A stretch of 64,000 bases of DNA from assembly GCA_963842525.1 (NCBI GenBank), contig CAWJGT010000009.1, positions 704,001 through 768,000 on the forward strand, in the 5' to 3' direction. Below, in pieces: positions 43,691-53,164 of the stretch. How positions within the stretch are numbered: the stretch's first letter is position 1; each line of letters opens with the position of its first letter. The translations under genes were made by a program, and so were the position numbers. The notes under the pieces were generated by a model. It had not been told where the DNA came from, made no database searches, and saw nothing but the letters and a program-made list of their open reading frames with translations. This stretch comes from an uncultured Holophagales bacterium. GTDB taxonomy: Bacteria; Acidobacteriota; Thermoanaerobaculia; Multivoradales; UBA5704.

Positions 43691-43772
43691 CCGGCAGCGC
43701 CATCCCATTGCGTGCCGCGCCTTACCTCAAGGGGTATCCCGCGCCGGACGCCGCTGTGGGAAAAAGGGTCTG
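43675..43772 (+). promoter_or_regulatory. ~95-bp regulatory repeat, copy 2 (upstream of the USP operon)
   Basis: ccacccgccggggtag..gcgccatccca.tgcgtgcc..tacctcaaggggtatcccgcgccggacgccgctgtgg; matches 40980-41075. Confidence 0.7.
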
Positions 43773-43791
43773 ACAAAAGGAGGCAACGATC

Positions 43792-44802
43792 ATGACCAAA
43801 TCCTTGAAGACCCTCGTCATCGGCACTTCCCTCGGCGACAACAGCGACGGCATCGTGCGGACCGGCGTCGCACTCGCTCGCGCCACCGGCGCTTCCCCAT
43901 GGCTCATCCACGTCTATACCCCGCTCCTCGGCATGACCGGCGCAGGCGTGGACGCCCTCTGGATGCAGGAGCAAGTGAAGAGCCTCAGAGATCTGATCAA
44001 TGAGCAGGCCCAGAGGACCGGGCTGTCCGAGCTCGCCGGCTTCTCCCCCGACCAGGTCCTTCTGATGCTCGGCACGCCGCACCGGGAGATCGTGAATCTC
44101 GCTCGGCGCGTTAAAGCCGACCTCATCGTCGTGGGCGCCGTGGAGTCCACCCATGTGCTCCTGGGCTCGACCGCCGACCGGGTGATCCGGAAGGCACCCT
44201 GTCCGGTGCTCGCCGTCCGTTCCGAGGCCACGTTTCCACCCTACCGTGTGGAGATCCCGGTCGACCTCTCGCCGATCTCGGCACACGCGCTCCGCAAGGG
44301 CGTGGACCTCCTGGGCCAGATCGGGGTTCCGCTCACCGAGGCGGAGGCCCTCTTCGTCCTCAATCCGTTCGAGGTTGCGGGCTCGCTCACCTTCAAACCC
44401 GAGCAGATCGAGCGCTTCGCCGGCGAGGAGCTGCACCGCTTCGTGGCGGAGAACACCGACAAACGGAGCCGCCCGCGGCTGACGCAGGTACGCACCGGTT
44501 ATCCGCGGCAGGAGATCCTCGCCACGTTCGCAGAGCGGAACACGGACCTCGCCGTGCTCGGCACCCACGGGCGCAGCGGCTTCGAACGCCTCATGCTCGG
44601 CAGCGTCACCTCCGGAGTGCTGCAGAGCGCGAGCTGCAACCTGCTCGTCATCCCACCGGAGACAAGCCGGCAGGATGGCGCTGCAACGGAGGATCGAGAA
44701 ACCCGGACGAGCGCCGACTGGAGCTATGTCTCTGACGAGGCTCCCGCCGTTACGGCGAAGGCCTCTTCATCACCCGTGGTGGGTGAATACTGGTTTGGGT
44801 AG
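43792..44802 (+). CDS. Tandem-domain universal stress protein
   Basis: ADLIVVG..LLGSTADRVIRKAPCPVL; DLAVLGTHGRSGFERLMLGSV. Confidence 0.92.
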   Translation: MTKSLKTLVIGTSLGDNSDGIVRTGVALARATGASPWLIHVYTPLLGMTGAGVDALWMQEQVKSLRDLINEQAQRTGLSELAGFSPDQVLLMLGTPHREIVNLARRVKADLIVVGAVESTHVLLGSTADRVIRKAPCPVLAVRSEATFPPYRVEIPVDLSPISAHALRKGVDLLGQIGVPLTEAEALFVLNPFEVAGSLTFKPEQIERFAGEELHRFVAENTDKRSRPRLTQVRTGYPRQEILATFAERNTDLAVLGTHGRSGFERLMLGSVTSGVLQSASCNLLVIPPETSRQDGAATEDRETRTSADWSYVSDEAPAVTAKASSSPVVGEYWFG

Positions 44803-44815
44803 AACGGAGGAAGCC

Positions 44816-45868
44816 ATGAGCATTCAGAACAGCCTTTCCCCTTTGGTCCGCTCGCACCGCCCGCTGCGCACCGTGCTGATCGGCACCTCGCTCGGAGACG
44901 AGAGCGACCAGGTTGTGCGCGCAGGGCTCGCCGTCGCTCGTGCGGCGGGCGCCCGGGTCTTCATCGCGCACGCGGCCCAGCACGAGTCCCCGGTCCTTGG
45001 TTATGAGGTCGGGGCAGGAGCCGACCTCGATCGCGAGCAGATCACCCGCTGCAACGCGGAGCTGCGCCAGCAGATCGCAAGGCTCGGCATCGACGAGCTC
45101 GCGCTTGCCGGGTCCGAGGTTCGGGCGGGAGCCCCCTACCGGATCCTTACCGAGACAGCGCAGCGCATCGGCGCCGACCTGATCGTGGTCGGCGCCACCG
45201 GGTCCGGGCCGCTCGCCGCCGAGCTGCTGGGATCGACCGCGGAGCGGGTCCTGCGCAAGGCTCCCTGCCCTGTCCTGGTCGTGCGTGACGAGCTGCGGGT
45301 GCCGCCGCGCCGCGTCCTGGCTCCGGTCGACCTTTCGACGCTCTCGGGTGACGCCTTCCGCTGCGGCCTGCACCTCCTCTCGCAGCTCGCGGGCAGCGAG
45401 GAGATCCAGGTACAGGCGGTCTACGCCCTCAGCTTCCTCGACGCCGTCGCGGCCCGGCAGCGGACCGGGGGAATACCCCTCGAGCAGATCGAGCCTTCCG
45501 CCGCCAGGGAGCTGCGGCGCTTCGTCCTGGAGAACCGGCCAGAGGCGCCCTTCCACGTCGAGACCGCGATCCTACCTGGCGAAGCCCGCTTCGAGATCCT
45601 CCGCGAGCTCGACGAGCACCCGGCCGACCTCGTGATCGTGGGCACCCACGGGCGCGGCGGGCTGGACCGGCTGGTGCTGGGCAGCGTGGCCTCGACGGTC
45701 GCCCGTAAGGCCCCCTGCAGCGTGCTCATGATCTCGCCGGAAGCCGCTCTCGAAGAGGGCATCGCCGACGCGGTCATCACCCAGACGGAGCCCGCCTGGC
45801 ATCACGAACTGGCAGCCGCTCCGACGCGCGTCATGGATGTGAGAGAACAGCTACAGTTGGCGAGATGA
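44816..45868 (+). CDS. Tandem-domain universal stress protein
   Basis: ADLIVVGATG..LLGSTAERVLRKAPCPVL; GTHGRGGLDRLVLGSV. Confidence 0.92.
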   Translation: MSIQNSLSPLVRSHRPLRTVLIGTSLGDESDQVVRAGLAVARAAGARVFIAHAAQHESPVLGYEVGAGADLDREQITRCNAELRQQIARLGIDELALAGSEVRAGAPYRILTETAQRIGADLIVVGATGSGPLAAELLGSTAERVLRKAPCPVLVVRDELRVPPRRVLAPVDLSTLSGDAFRCGLHLLSQLAGSEEIQVQAVYALSFLDAVAARQRTGGIPLEQIEPSAARELRRFVLENRPEAPFHVETAILPGEARFEILRELDEHPADLVIVGTHGRGGLDRLVLGSVASTVARKAPCSVLMISPEAALEEGIADAVITQTEPAWHHELAAAPTRVMDVREQLQLAR

Positions 45869-48210
45869 GCACGCCTTTCTCATCCCCGAAGCCAGGCCGG
45901 CTTCTCGCGGTGATCGCGCTGTCCGGCATCCTCGCAGGAGGCCTGGCCTGGCTCGCCGGGGCCACCAGTGCCGCCGCGGTCCTTTGGGCCCTCACGACCG
46001 CCGTGGTCCTCGCTCCGCTGGCGCTCACCGTCATCGCCGACCTGCGGCGCGGCGAGCTCGGGGTGGACCTCATCGCCCTGCTGGCGATGGTGGGCTCGCT
46101 CGCGCTCGGGGAGCACCTGGCTGGTGCCGTGATCGCTCTGATGCTCTCCGGCGGTCAGGCGCTCGAGGCATTTGCCGGTGCCCGCGCCCGTCGCGAGCTT
46201 GCCGCCCTGGCGGCACGCGCGCCGCGGGAAGTGCACCGCTACGAGGACGGGCGCCTCACGTCTCCGCCGCTCGACGAGGTCCGCCCCGGCGACCTGCTGC
46301 TGGTCAAGCCGGGGGAAGTCGTGCCAGTCGACGGCCTGGTCGAGGACGAGGCCGCCGTGCTCGACGAATCGGCGCTGACCGGCGAGTCCAAGCCGGTCGA
46401 GCGTGCCCCCGGCGACCTGGCGCGTAGCGGCACGGTCAACGGCGGCGGCCCCTTCAAGATGCGCGCGGTGGCCACCGCGGCCGAGAGCACCTACGCCGGC
46501 ATCGTCCGCCTGGTGCAGGAGGCGGAGGCTTCCAAGGCCCCGTTCGTCCGCCTGGCCGACCGCTATGCCCTGTTCTTCCTGCCGCTGACCCTGGCGATGG
46601 CAGGGATCGCCTGGGCGCTCTCGGGAGACCCGGTGCGCGCCCTGGCCGTGCTGGTGGTCGCGACCCCCTGCCCGCTGATCCTGGCCGCGCCGGTCGCCCT
46701 CCTCGCCGGCGTGTCGCGCTCCGCCAAGCGCGGTGTGATCGTCAAGGGAGGCGCGGCCCTTGAGGCCCTGGCCCAGGCGCGCGTCCTGCTGCTCGACAAG
46801 ACCGGTACGATCACGACCGGGATGCCGGCGCTCTCCGGCCTCGAGACCTTCGGTGCGGAGACCGCCGAGGAGGTCCTGCGGCTGGCCGCCTCCCTGGACC
46901 AGGTCTCGCAGCACGTCCTGGCCGCCGCCGTGGTGCGGGCAGCGCGCGACCGCGGCCTCTCCCTCTCCTTGCCCACGGGAGTGACGGAGCGGCCGGGCTG
47001 GGGCATCCAAGGAGAGGTCAACGGCCGCCGGGTGGCCCTGGGCAAGCTCGCCTGGATCGATCCGGGCGGGCCCCTTCCCGCAGGCGTGCGGCGGGTGCGA
47101 AGGCGGACCGCTCTCGATGGCTCCTCGAGCATCTTCCTGGGAATCGACGGAGCAGTCGCCGGCGCCCTGATCCTGCACGATCCGGTGCGGCCCGACAGCC
47201 CGCAGGCCCTGCGCTCCCTGCGCCGGGCTGGGATCGGACGGGTGGTGCTGGTCACCGGCGACCACCCGGAAGTGGCCGAGATGGTGGGGGCCGGGATCGG
47301 CGCCGACCTGGTCCTGGCGGAGCGCTCGCCGGAGGAGAAGGTCGCGGCCGTGCTCGCCGAGCGTTCCCGGGGACCCACCATGATGGTGGGCGACGGGGTC
47401 AACGATGCGCCGGCCCTGGCGGCGGCCGACGTGGGGGTCGCCATGGGAGCGCGCGGCGCCACGGCATCGGCAGAGGCCGCCGACGTGGTGGTCACCGTCG
47501 ACCGCTTGGACCGCCTCGGCGAGGCGCTCGCCGTCGCCCGCCGCTCGCGTGCCATCGCCGTGCAGAGCGTCGTCGCCGGCATGGGGCTGTCGCTCGTGGC
47601 CATGGTGGCCGCCGCCGCCGGCTATTTGCCGCCGGTTGCCGGCGCCCTGCTCCAGGAGGTGATCGACGTCGCGGTCATCCTCAACGCCCTGCGCGCCCTG
47701 AGCGGCGGACGCCGGCACCCGCAGCCCGAAGGAGAGGGGCTCAGCCGGCAATACCGGGCCGAGCACAGGATGCTGCTCCCCGACGTGGATCGCCTCCGTG
47801 CGGTCGCCGACCGCCTGGACGAGCTGCCGGCCCGCGGGGCGAAGCACGAGTTGGCAGACCTCCGGCGCTTCCTGGAAGAGCGGCTGCTGCCGCACGAGCA
47901 GACCGAGGACGCCACCGTCTATCCGCTCGTCGCCCGCGCCATCGGCGGCGAGGACCCGACCGCCGCAATGAGCCGCGCCCACCTGGAGATCGCCCACCTC
48001 GTCCGCCTCTTCGGGCGCCTGCTCGACGAGCTTCCGGTGGACGATTTCACCTCGCTCGTGCCCGACGATCTGCGCGACCTGCGGCGGATCCTCTATGGCC
48101 TGCACGCCATCCTGCGGCTCCACTTCGCCCAGGAAGAGGAGCAATACCTGCCGCTTCTCGAAGACGGCGCCGCCCAGGACAGACCGCTCCACAGGACCAC
48201 GCACGCATGA
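45865..48210 (+). CDS. P1B-5 heavy-metal P-type ATPase with C-terminal hemerythrin domain
   Basis: LTGES, ATPCPL, DKTGT, GDGVND, QEVID; C-terminal EH..PHEQTED..AHLEI..HFAQEEE. Confidence 0.92.
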   Translation: MSTPFSSPKPGRLLAVIALSGILAGGLAWLAGATSAAAVLWALTTAVVLAPLALTVIADLRRGELGVDLIALLAMVGSLALGEHLAGAVIALMLSGGQALEAFAGARARRELAALAARAPREVHRYEDGRLTSPPLDEVRPGDLLLVKPGEVVPVDGLVEDEAAVLDESALTGESKPVERAPGDLARSGTVNGGGPFKMRAVATAAESTYAGIVRLVQEAEASKAPFVRLADRYALFFLPLTLAMAGIAWALSGDPVRALAVLVVATPCPLILAAPVALLAGVSRSAKRGVIVKGGAALEALAQARVLLLDKTGTITTGMPALSGLETFGAETAEEVLRLAASLDQVSQHVLAAAVVRAARDRGLSLSLPTGVTERPGWGIQGEVNGRRVALGKLAWIDPGGPLPAGVRRVRRRTALDGSSSIFLGIDGAVAGALILHDPVRPDSPQALRSLRRAGIGRVVLVTGDHPEVAEMVGAGIGADLVLAERSPEEKVAAVLAERSRGPTMMVGDGVNDAPALAAADVGVAMGARGATASAEAADVVVTVDRLDRLGEALAVARRSRAIAVQSVVAGMGLSLVAMVAAAAGYLPPVAGALLQEVIDVAVILNALRALSGGRRHPQPEGEGLSRQYRAEHRMLLPDVDRLRAVADRLDELPARGAKHELADLRRFLEERLLPHEQTEDATVYPLVARAIGGEDPTAAMSRAHLEIAHLVRLFGRLLDELPVDDFTSLVPDDLRDLRRILYGLHAILRLHFAQEEEQYLPLLEDGAAQDRPLHRTTHA

Positions 48211-49529
48211 GCCTCGATCCACAGCAGGCCTGGCAGGTCCGCTATGCCGCCAAGATCGCCAGCGCCGAGCAGGCGGTGCGGCTGATCCCGCCCCGGAAGC
48301 GCATCCTCATCGGCTCAGGGGCCGCGGAGCCGGGCGGGCTCGTCGAGGCCATGGTCACCCACGGCACGCACCTCGCGGGCAACGAGGTGGTCCACCTGAT
48401 GACCCTGGGCTCGGCCCCCTACATCCAGCCCGGGCTCGAAAGCCGGTTCCGCCACACCGCATTCTTCATCGGCGCCAACGTCCGGCCGGCGGTGCAGGAA
48501 GGGCGGGCCGACTTCATGCCGGTCTTCCTCTCGGAGATCCCGCAGCTCATCACCTCGGGCCGCGTGCACATCGGCGTCGCCCTGATCCAGGTCAGCCCGC
48601 CTGACCGGCTCGGCTTTGTCAGCCTGGGCGTGTCGGTCGACATCGTGCGCGCCGCCGTGGACACGGCCGACCTGATTCTTGCCGAGGTCAACCCGAACAT
48701 GCCGCGCACCCTCGGCGACTCCTTCCTCCACGTCGACCGCATCGCGCAGCTCGTACCCGTGGACGTGCCGCTGCCGGAGCTCACCCCGCAGCCGCTCGAC
48801 GAGGTGTTCCGCGAGATTGGCCGTAACGTCGCTTCGCTCATCCAGGACGGCGCCATGCTCCAAATGGGGATCGGCAAGATCCCCGACGCCACCCTCGCTG
48901 CCCTGACCGACCGGAGCGACCTGGGGGTCCACACCGAGATGCTCTCCGACGGGGTCATGCACCTCGCCGAAGCGGGCATCCTCACCGGCCGGCGAAAAAC
49001 CTTTCTGCCCGGCAAGATCGTGACCTCTTTCGTCATGGGGACGCGCCGCCTCTACGAGTGGGTGCACGACAACCCGCAGATCGAGATGCGGCCGAGCGGC
49101 TTCACCAATGACCCGTTCCAGATTGCAAGGAACGACCAGATGGTGGCGATCAACTCGGCGCTCGCGGTCGACCTCACGGGCCAGGTGGCCGCGGACACGG
49201 TGCGGGGCCGCTTCTTCTCCGGCATCGGCGGCCAAGTCGACTTCATCCGCGGCGCCGCGCGCAGCCGCGGCGGCCGGCCGGTCATCGCGCTGCCGGCCAC
49301 GGCCAAGGGGGGGACCGTCAGCCGCATCCAGGCCACCTTCGAAGAAGGCACGGGCGTGGTGACGAGCCGGGGCGACATCCACTACGTCGTCACCGAGTAC
49401 GGCATCGCCGACCTCTGGGGCAAGAACATCCGCCAGCGCACCGAAGCGCTGATCGGCATCGCCCACCCCACATTCCGCGCCGAGCTGCTCGCCGCAGCCC
49501 GGGGGCGGTGCTATCTGTTTCCGGGGTGA
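48207..49529 (+). CDS. Acetyl-CoA hydrolase/transferase (4-hydroxybutyrate CoA-transferase-like)
   Basis: QMGIGKIP, GVHTEM, INSALAVDLTGQ, SGIGGQVDF, VVTEYG, IAHP. Confidence 0.92.
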   Translation: MSLDPQQAWQVRYAAKIASAEQAVRLIPPRKRILIGSGAAEPGGLVEAMVTHGTHLAGNEVVHLMTLGSAPYIQPGLESRFRHTAFFIGANVRPAVQEGRADFMPVFLSEIPQLITSGRVHIGVALIQVSPPDRLGFVSLGVSVDIVRAAVDTADLILAEVNPNMPRTLGDSFLHVDRIAQLVPVDVPLPELTPQPLDEVFREIGRNVASLIQDGAMLQMGIGKIPDATLAALTDRSDLGVHTEMLSDGVMHLAEAGILTGRRKTFLPGKIVTSFVMGTRRLYEWVHDNPQIEMRPSGFTNDPFQIARNDQMVAINSALAVDLTGQVAADTVRGRFFSGIGGQVDFIRGAARSRGGRPVIALPATAKGGTVSRIQATFEEGTGVVTSRGDIHYVVTEYGIADLWGKNIRQRTEALIGIAHPTFRAELLAAARGRCYLFPG

Positions 49530-49713
49530 GCGTCTCGGAGGCCACCACCCAGCCGGGTAGTGTCGCCGCCGCCCCGCGCCCACCCTCCCGCGCGCACCTT
49601 CCAACCCCCGGAGATGTCGTCCCCGGCGGCTGCCCGCGGGCAAGATGGACCTGGTCGCGGGACACCCCTTCACGGCTGCTCCCGGCGCCCAACTTCATGA
49701 GGAGGTGACATCC

Positions 49714-50106
49714 ATGAACGAGCTTCGAGTCCGTGACCTCATGACCCCGAACGTCGTCACCGTCCGGCCCGACGACAGTGTTGCCATGGCCTACGAGCTC
49801 ATGCTTGACCATCGGTTCCGTCACCTGGTCGTCCTCGATCACGACGGCGACCTGGTCGGCCTGCTCACCCACCGGGACCTCCTGCGCCACTCGCTGATCG
49901 AGCGCGCAGGGCTGGTGCTGAGCTACCAGAACGATGTTATGCACCGGATCCGGGTCGAGGAGGTGATGACCTCGGAGGTGGAGACCGCCGAGCCCACGCA
50001 GTGGCTCCAGGACGCGGCGCTGGTCATGTTCGTCAGCGGCCGGCCCCGGCGGTCAGGGCGGCGGCCGGCCTCGGAGCCGTGTCATGAATGGGTTATCCTC
50101 GGATAG
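49714..50106 (+). CDS. CBS-domain protein, second CBS repeat apparently truncated near 50032
   Basis: VRDLMT..V.PDD..FRHLVV..LVGLLTHRD; VEEVMT, then similarity stops after ALVMF. Confidence 0.75.
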   Translation: MNELRVRDLMTPNVVTVRPDDSVAMAYELMLDHRFRHLVVLDHDGDLVGLLTHRDLLRHSLIERAGLVLSYQNDVMHRIRVEEVMTSEVETAEPTQWLQDAALVMFVSGRPRRSGRRPASEPCHEWVILG

Positions 50107-50284
50107 TGGGTCGTCCTGCTGACCGCCGATCGTCTTCGACCGTTCGTGCGCAAGTACGACTAGGCGGGTCTGACAAGCCTTGAGCCATCAGTTCGATCGC
50201 TTCTCGGCCTGCTCCCGGAAACCGGGTGAGCGCAGGCCCCCGCGCATGTCCCGAGTGCCAGCCACGATTTCACCGATCCGCTGG

Positions 50285-50392
50285 ACTCCTGGAGTAGCAA
50301 CTCGCCGGGCGTCACAGGCTCGAGCTTTTCCAAGATCTCTCCCGCTCCTTCAGTGACAGTTCGCGATCTCGACGTCTTCGGCACCCCGGATC
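50285..50392 (-). pseudogene. HigBA toxin-antitoxin remnant
   Basis: GAEDVEIANCH-stop (HigB-like C-terminus), AAGGAG, then LEKLEPVTPGELLLQE (HigA-like N-terminus); both truncated. Confidence 0.6.
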
Positions 50393-50413
50393 AACGATAA
50401 AAGAGCCCGGCTC

Positions 50414-51280
50414 ATGACCACATTGCTCGTCGGCTTCGATTCCGCGTGGACCCGCACCCACAGCGGGGCGCTCGTCGGAGCGCTGCAACTGGAAGACGGG
50501 ACCTTGCGCGAGTTGGGACCACCCCAAACCGGCGATTTCAACCAGGCGGAGCGTGTGATCCTGGAGTGGCAGGCGGAGCACCTGCCAACAGCGACCATCG
50601 TCCTGCTCGACGAGCCGACCATCGTAAAGAATGCCGAACGCCAACGGCCGGTTGACAACCTGGTCTGTTCATCCGTCAGCCTCCGCTATGGTGGGATGCA
50701 GCCGGCCAATCTTGGCAGGGAGGAGATGTTTGGCAAGGAGGCACCGGTGTGGTCGTTCCTGGATCAGTTCGGCGGCGCCGCGGATCCCCTCAATCCAGTG
50801 GGGAGTACGTGGGTCCTTGAGACCTATCCGGTGTTGATGTTGATCGCGCTGGGCTGGCTGCTGCCGGATACCCGCCCCTCGGGTCGGCTGCCCAACTACA
50901 ACCCGCAGCGAAGGAAGACCTTCCTGCCCCAGGACTGGCAGTACCTCTGCTCGCAGGCATCCGCAGCGTTTCGCGAGCGCGACCTCCCCGAGACTGCGGG
51001 GTGGATCGACGGCTCAGGCAGGAACACTTCGCCCCGCAAGAGCGATCAGGACTGCCTGGATGCCTGCTTCTGTCTGCTGGTTGCGTTGGATCTGGCCCAG
51101 GGAAAGGACTGCCTGATGGTCGGTGAGACGAACACCGGCTACATCGTGGTGCCGTATGGCGCCGGGCTTCGTAGGGAACTCGAGACCCGCTGCAAACAGA
51201 CGGGCCGATTGCCAGCGGATTGGGTGCGGGCGTTCCGCTTAAGATTGAGCCTGCCGTACATCGACTCGATCGATCCGTAG
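50414..51280 (+). CDS. DUF429-family protein (predicted RNase H-fold nuclease)
   Basis: VGFDSAW, LLDEP, LETYP, DCLDACFC, GYIVVP. Confidence 0.75.
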   Translation: MTTLLVGFDSAWTRTHSGALVGALQLEDGTLRELGPPQTGDFNQAERVILEWQAEHLPTATIVLLDEPTIVKNAERQRPVDNLVCSSVSLRYGGMQPANLGREEMFGKEAPVWSFLDQFGGAADPLNPVGSTWVLETYPVLMLIALGWLLPDTRPSGRLPNYNPQRRKTFLPQDWQYLCSQASAAFRERDLPETAGWIDGSGRNTSPRKSDQDCLDACFCLLVALDLAQGKDCLMVGETNTGYIVVPYGAGLRRELETRCKQTGRLPADWVRAFRLRLSLPYIDSIDP

Positions 51281-51322
51281 ATCCGTAGCCGTGTCATCAA
51301 CCTGACTTGAGCGTGTGGCCAC

Positions 51323-51709
51323 CTATCGCTGCCGCAATCGGTAGAAGACCCAGGGCGCGATCAGAACCCAGAGGGGCACAAGGACCCACAGGCGCCCGGC
51401 GAGTAGGTTGTAATCCTGCAGGAGCCTGCTCCAGGAAAGGCCGGACACGTAGTGCCCGAAGAGAAACTCGAACGCGAGCGTGAGCCCGAGCCACATCAGG
51501 CCTACGGCGAAGGCGGCGCCCGGCGAGGAGGGAGGCCAGATGCGGACGACGATCCAGATATAGACGGCGAACAGCAGGATCAGCAGGACCGTGGAGATCT
51601 GATGCGCCCGCAACTCGCCGGCGTGCTTGCGAATCCAGCGTTCCCGCAACGCGCCATTGGCGAAAGCGATCCCCACCATCGGAAACCACAGCAGAAGGTA
51701 TTTCCACAT
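51323..51709 (-). CDS. Small conserved membrane protein
   Basis: ANGALRE..AHQIS..WLGLTLAFEFLFGHY..W..LLQDY; GGAG RBS. Confidence 0.75.
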   Translation of the reverse strand: MWKYLLLWFPMVGIAFANGALRERWIRKHAGELRAHQISTVLLILLFAVYIWIVVRIWPPSSPGAAFAVGLMWLGLTLAFEFLFGHYVSGLSWSRLLQDYNLLAGRLWVLVPLWVLIAPWVFYRLRQR

Positions 51710-51711
51710 CG

Positions 51712-51924
51712 TCAGCTCCCTCGCGGGACGGCCGGATAGGTCACGATCGAAAACAGATAAAGCACCACGCCCGCTGCCACCAGCACGCCTCCCAGGAGCA
51801 GGAAGGCGAGGAATGCCGTGGGATGCGACCAGAACAGGGTGGCCGCCTCGATCAGCAGGCCGAGCCCCACCAGCAGGCCGGCGAGCTTCAGGCGGCGCGC
51901 GAGGCGCGGATCGGTGCCGGTCAT
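51712..51924 (-). CDS. Small 2-TM membrane protein
   Basis: MTGTDPRL..GLLIEAATLFWSHPTAFLAF; ATGA-coupled to the NapC-like gene. Confidence 0.65.
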   Translation of the reverse strand: MTGTDPRLARRLKLAGLLVGLGLLIEAATLFWSHPTAFLAFLLLGGVLVAAGVVLYLFSIVTYPAVPRGS

Positions 51925-52535
51925 GGCCTGGGCTCCTTCCACAGGGGTTTCCCCTTCAGATCGTGGACCTCGTGGACCGCGTCGTGACATTCCAGGCAGG
52001 AGGTCTTGTTCGTTCCCAGATCGGCGCGCATCTCCTTGTGCAAATCGCTCTCCTCGAACGCCCGCGATCCGGCGTGGCAGTGCAGGCACTCGCGGTTGTT
52101 ATAGGGCTCGTAGAGCTTGATCTTTTCCGGGATGGTGCCGAGATAGTTGACGTAGACGTGCCGCAGCCCGCGCAGCTTCGCCTTGTAATCGCCGAACATT
52201 GTGTAGTCGGTATGGCAGGTGAAGCAGGCGTGGTCGCGGGGGACGCGGTTGTTCTGGTAGTGCTGGGCCGGCAGCCAGGACGAGTCGTCCACGAGGAGAC
52301 TCTGGCCGTAAGGCTCCATCACGTGGCAGGAGAGGCAGAACTCGGTCGACTTCGAGTGCTCCATGTGGGCGGACAACCCCATCGCCGTGGCCAGGAGTGG
52401 CAGCACCAGAAAAGCGAGAAAGGCCAGGATCCGGCCGCCACGGACCGTGGTGAGCGAGGGGCGGAGCACCAGCAGGGCGATCAGCGCGATCGCGACCAGC
52501 ACAACCGCGGCCACGGCTTCGTTGAGATAGGACAT
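51921..52535 (-). CDS. NapC/NirT/CymA-family membrane tetraheme cytochrome c
   Basis: TM anchor; TEFCLSCHVM, CFTCH, CLHCH, CLECH. Confidence 0.88.
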   Translation of the reverse strand: MSYLNEAVAAVVLVAIALIALLVLRPSLTTVRGGRILAFLAFLVLPLLATAMGLSAHMEHSKSTEFCLSCHVMEPYGQSLLVDDSSWLPAQHYQNNRVPRDHACFTCHTDYTMFGDYKAKLRGLRHVYVNYLGTIPEKIKLYEPYNNRECLHCHAGSRAFEESDLHKEMRADLGTNKTSCLECHDAVHEVHDLKGKPLWKEPRP

Positions 52536-52554
52536 GGCGCCTCCCGGGACGGGA

Positions 52555-52929
52555 CTACTTCTTCTCCTGCTTCTGCAGCCAGGCGATCAGGGCGCCGATC
52601 TCTTCGTCGCTGCCGGTGAACTCCTTGCCGTGCTTCTTGCCGTTAATTTCGGCTTTCTTGCGCAGGAAGTCGTTGAGCACCCGGGCGTCCATCTTGGGGG
52701 CCACTCCGGTGAGATCGGGTCCCTTCATCTTCTCGGACTTGACCGTCGCCTGGATACCCGCCGACGAGACGGCGTGGCAGAGGTTGCACTTCTGGGCGAG
52801 AAAGATCTGCTTGCCGTCCAGCACCTTGGGCGCCTGCGCCGCGGCGGGTCCGGTGGCGCCGCAGTAGAAGAGGGCGAGCAGGGGTCCGGCCAGGGTGGCG
52901 GACAGGGCGAAACCGAACAGCTTCTTCAT
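52555..52929 (-). CDS. Periplasmic monoheme cytochrome c
   Basis: Signal peptide, GKQIF..CNLCH, GPDL, LIAWL. Confidence 0.85.
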   Translation of the reverse strand: MKKLFGFALSATLAGPLLALFYCGATGPAAAQAPKVLDGKQIFLAQKCNLCHAVSSAGIQATVKSEKMKGPDLTGVAPKMDARVLNDFLRKKAEINGKKHGKEFTGSDEEIGALIAWLQKQEKK

Positions 52930-53164
52930 GACGGTCTCCTTCTTGGGACTGGCGCTTTCTGCTCTGAAGCCTAGAGGCGGTGCGGATCGCCCGCCACGTC
53001 CTGAAGGGTAGCGCCACGGCCTCGCTCTTCCCCACCCCAACGGGGTGGGACGCGCGCCCCCCCGTTGGGAGACCTTGAAGCCCTCCTTCGGGCGGTGGTG
53101 GCCGGTGTCTCCTTCACGCTCCAATAGAGGCCAGCAGATTTTCCAGGAGCCCGGAGGAGGGCCT

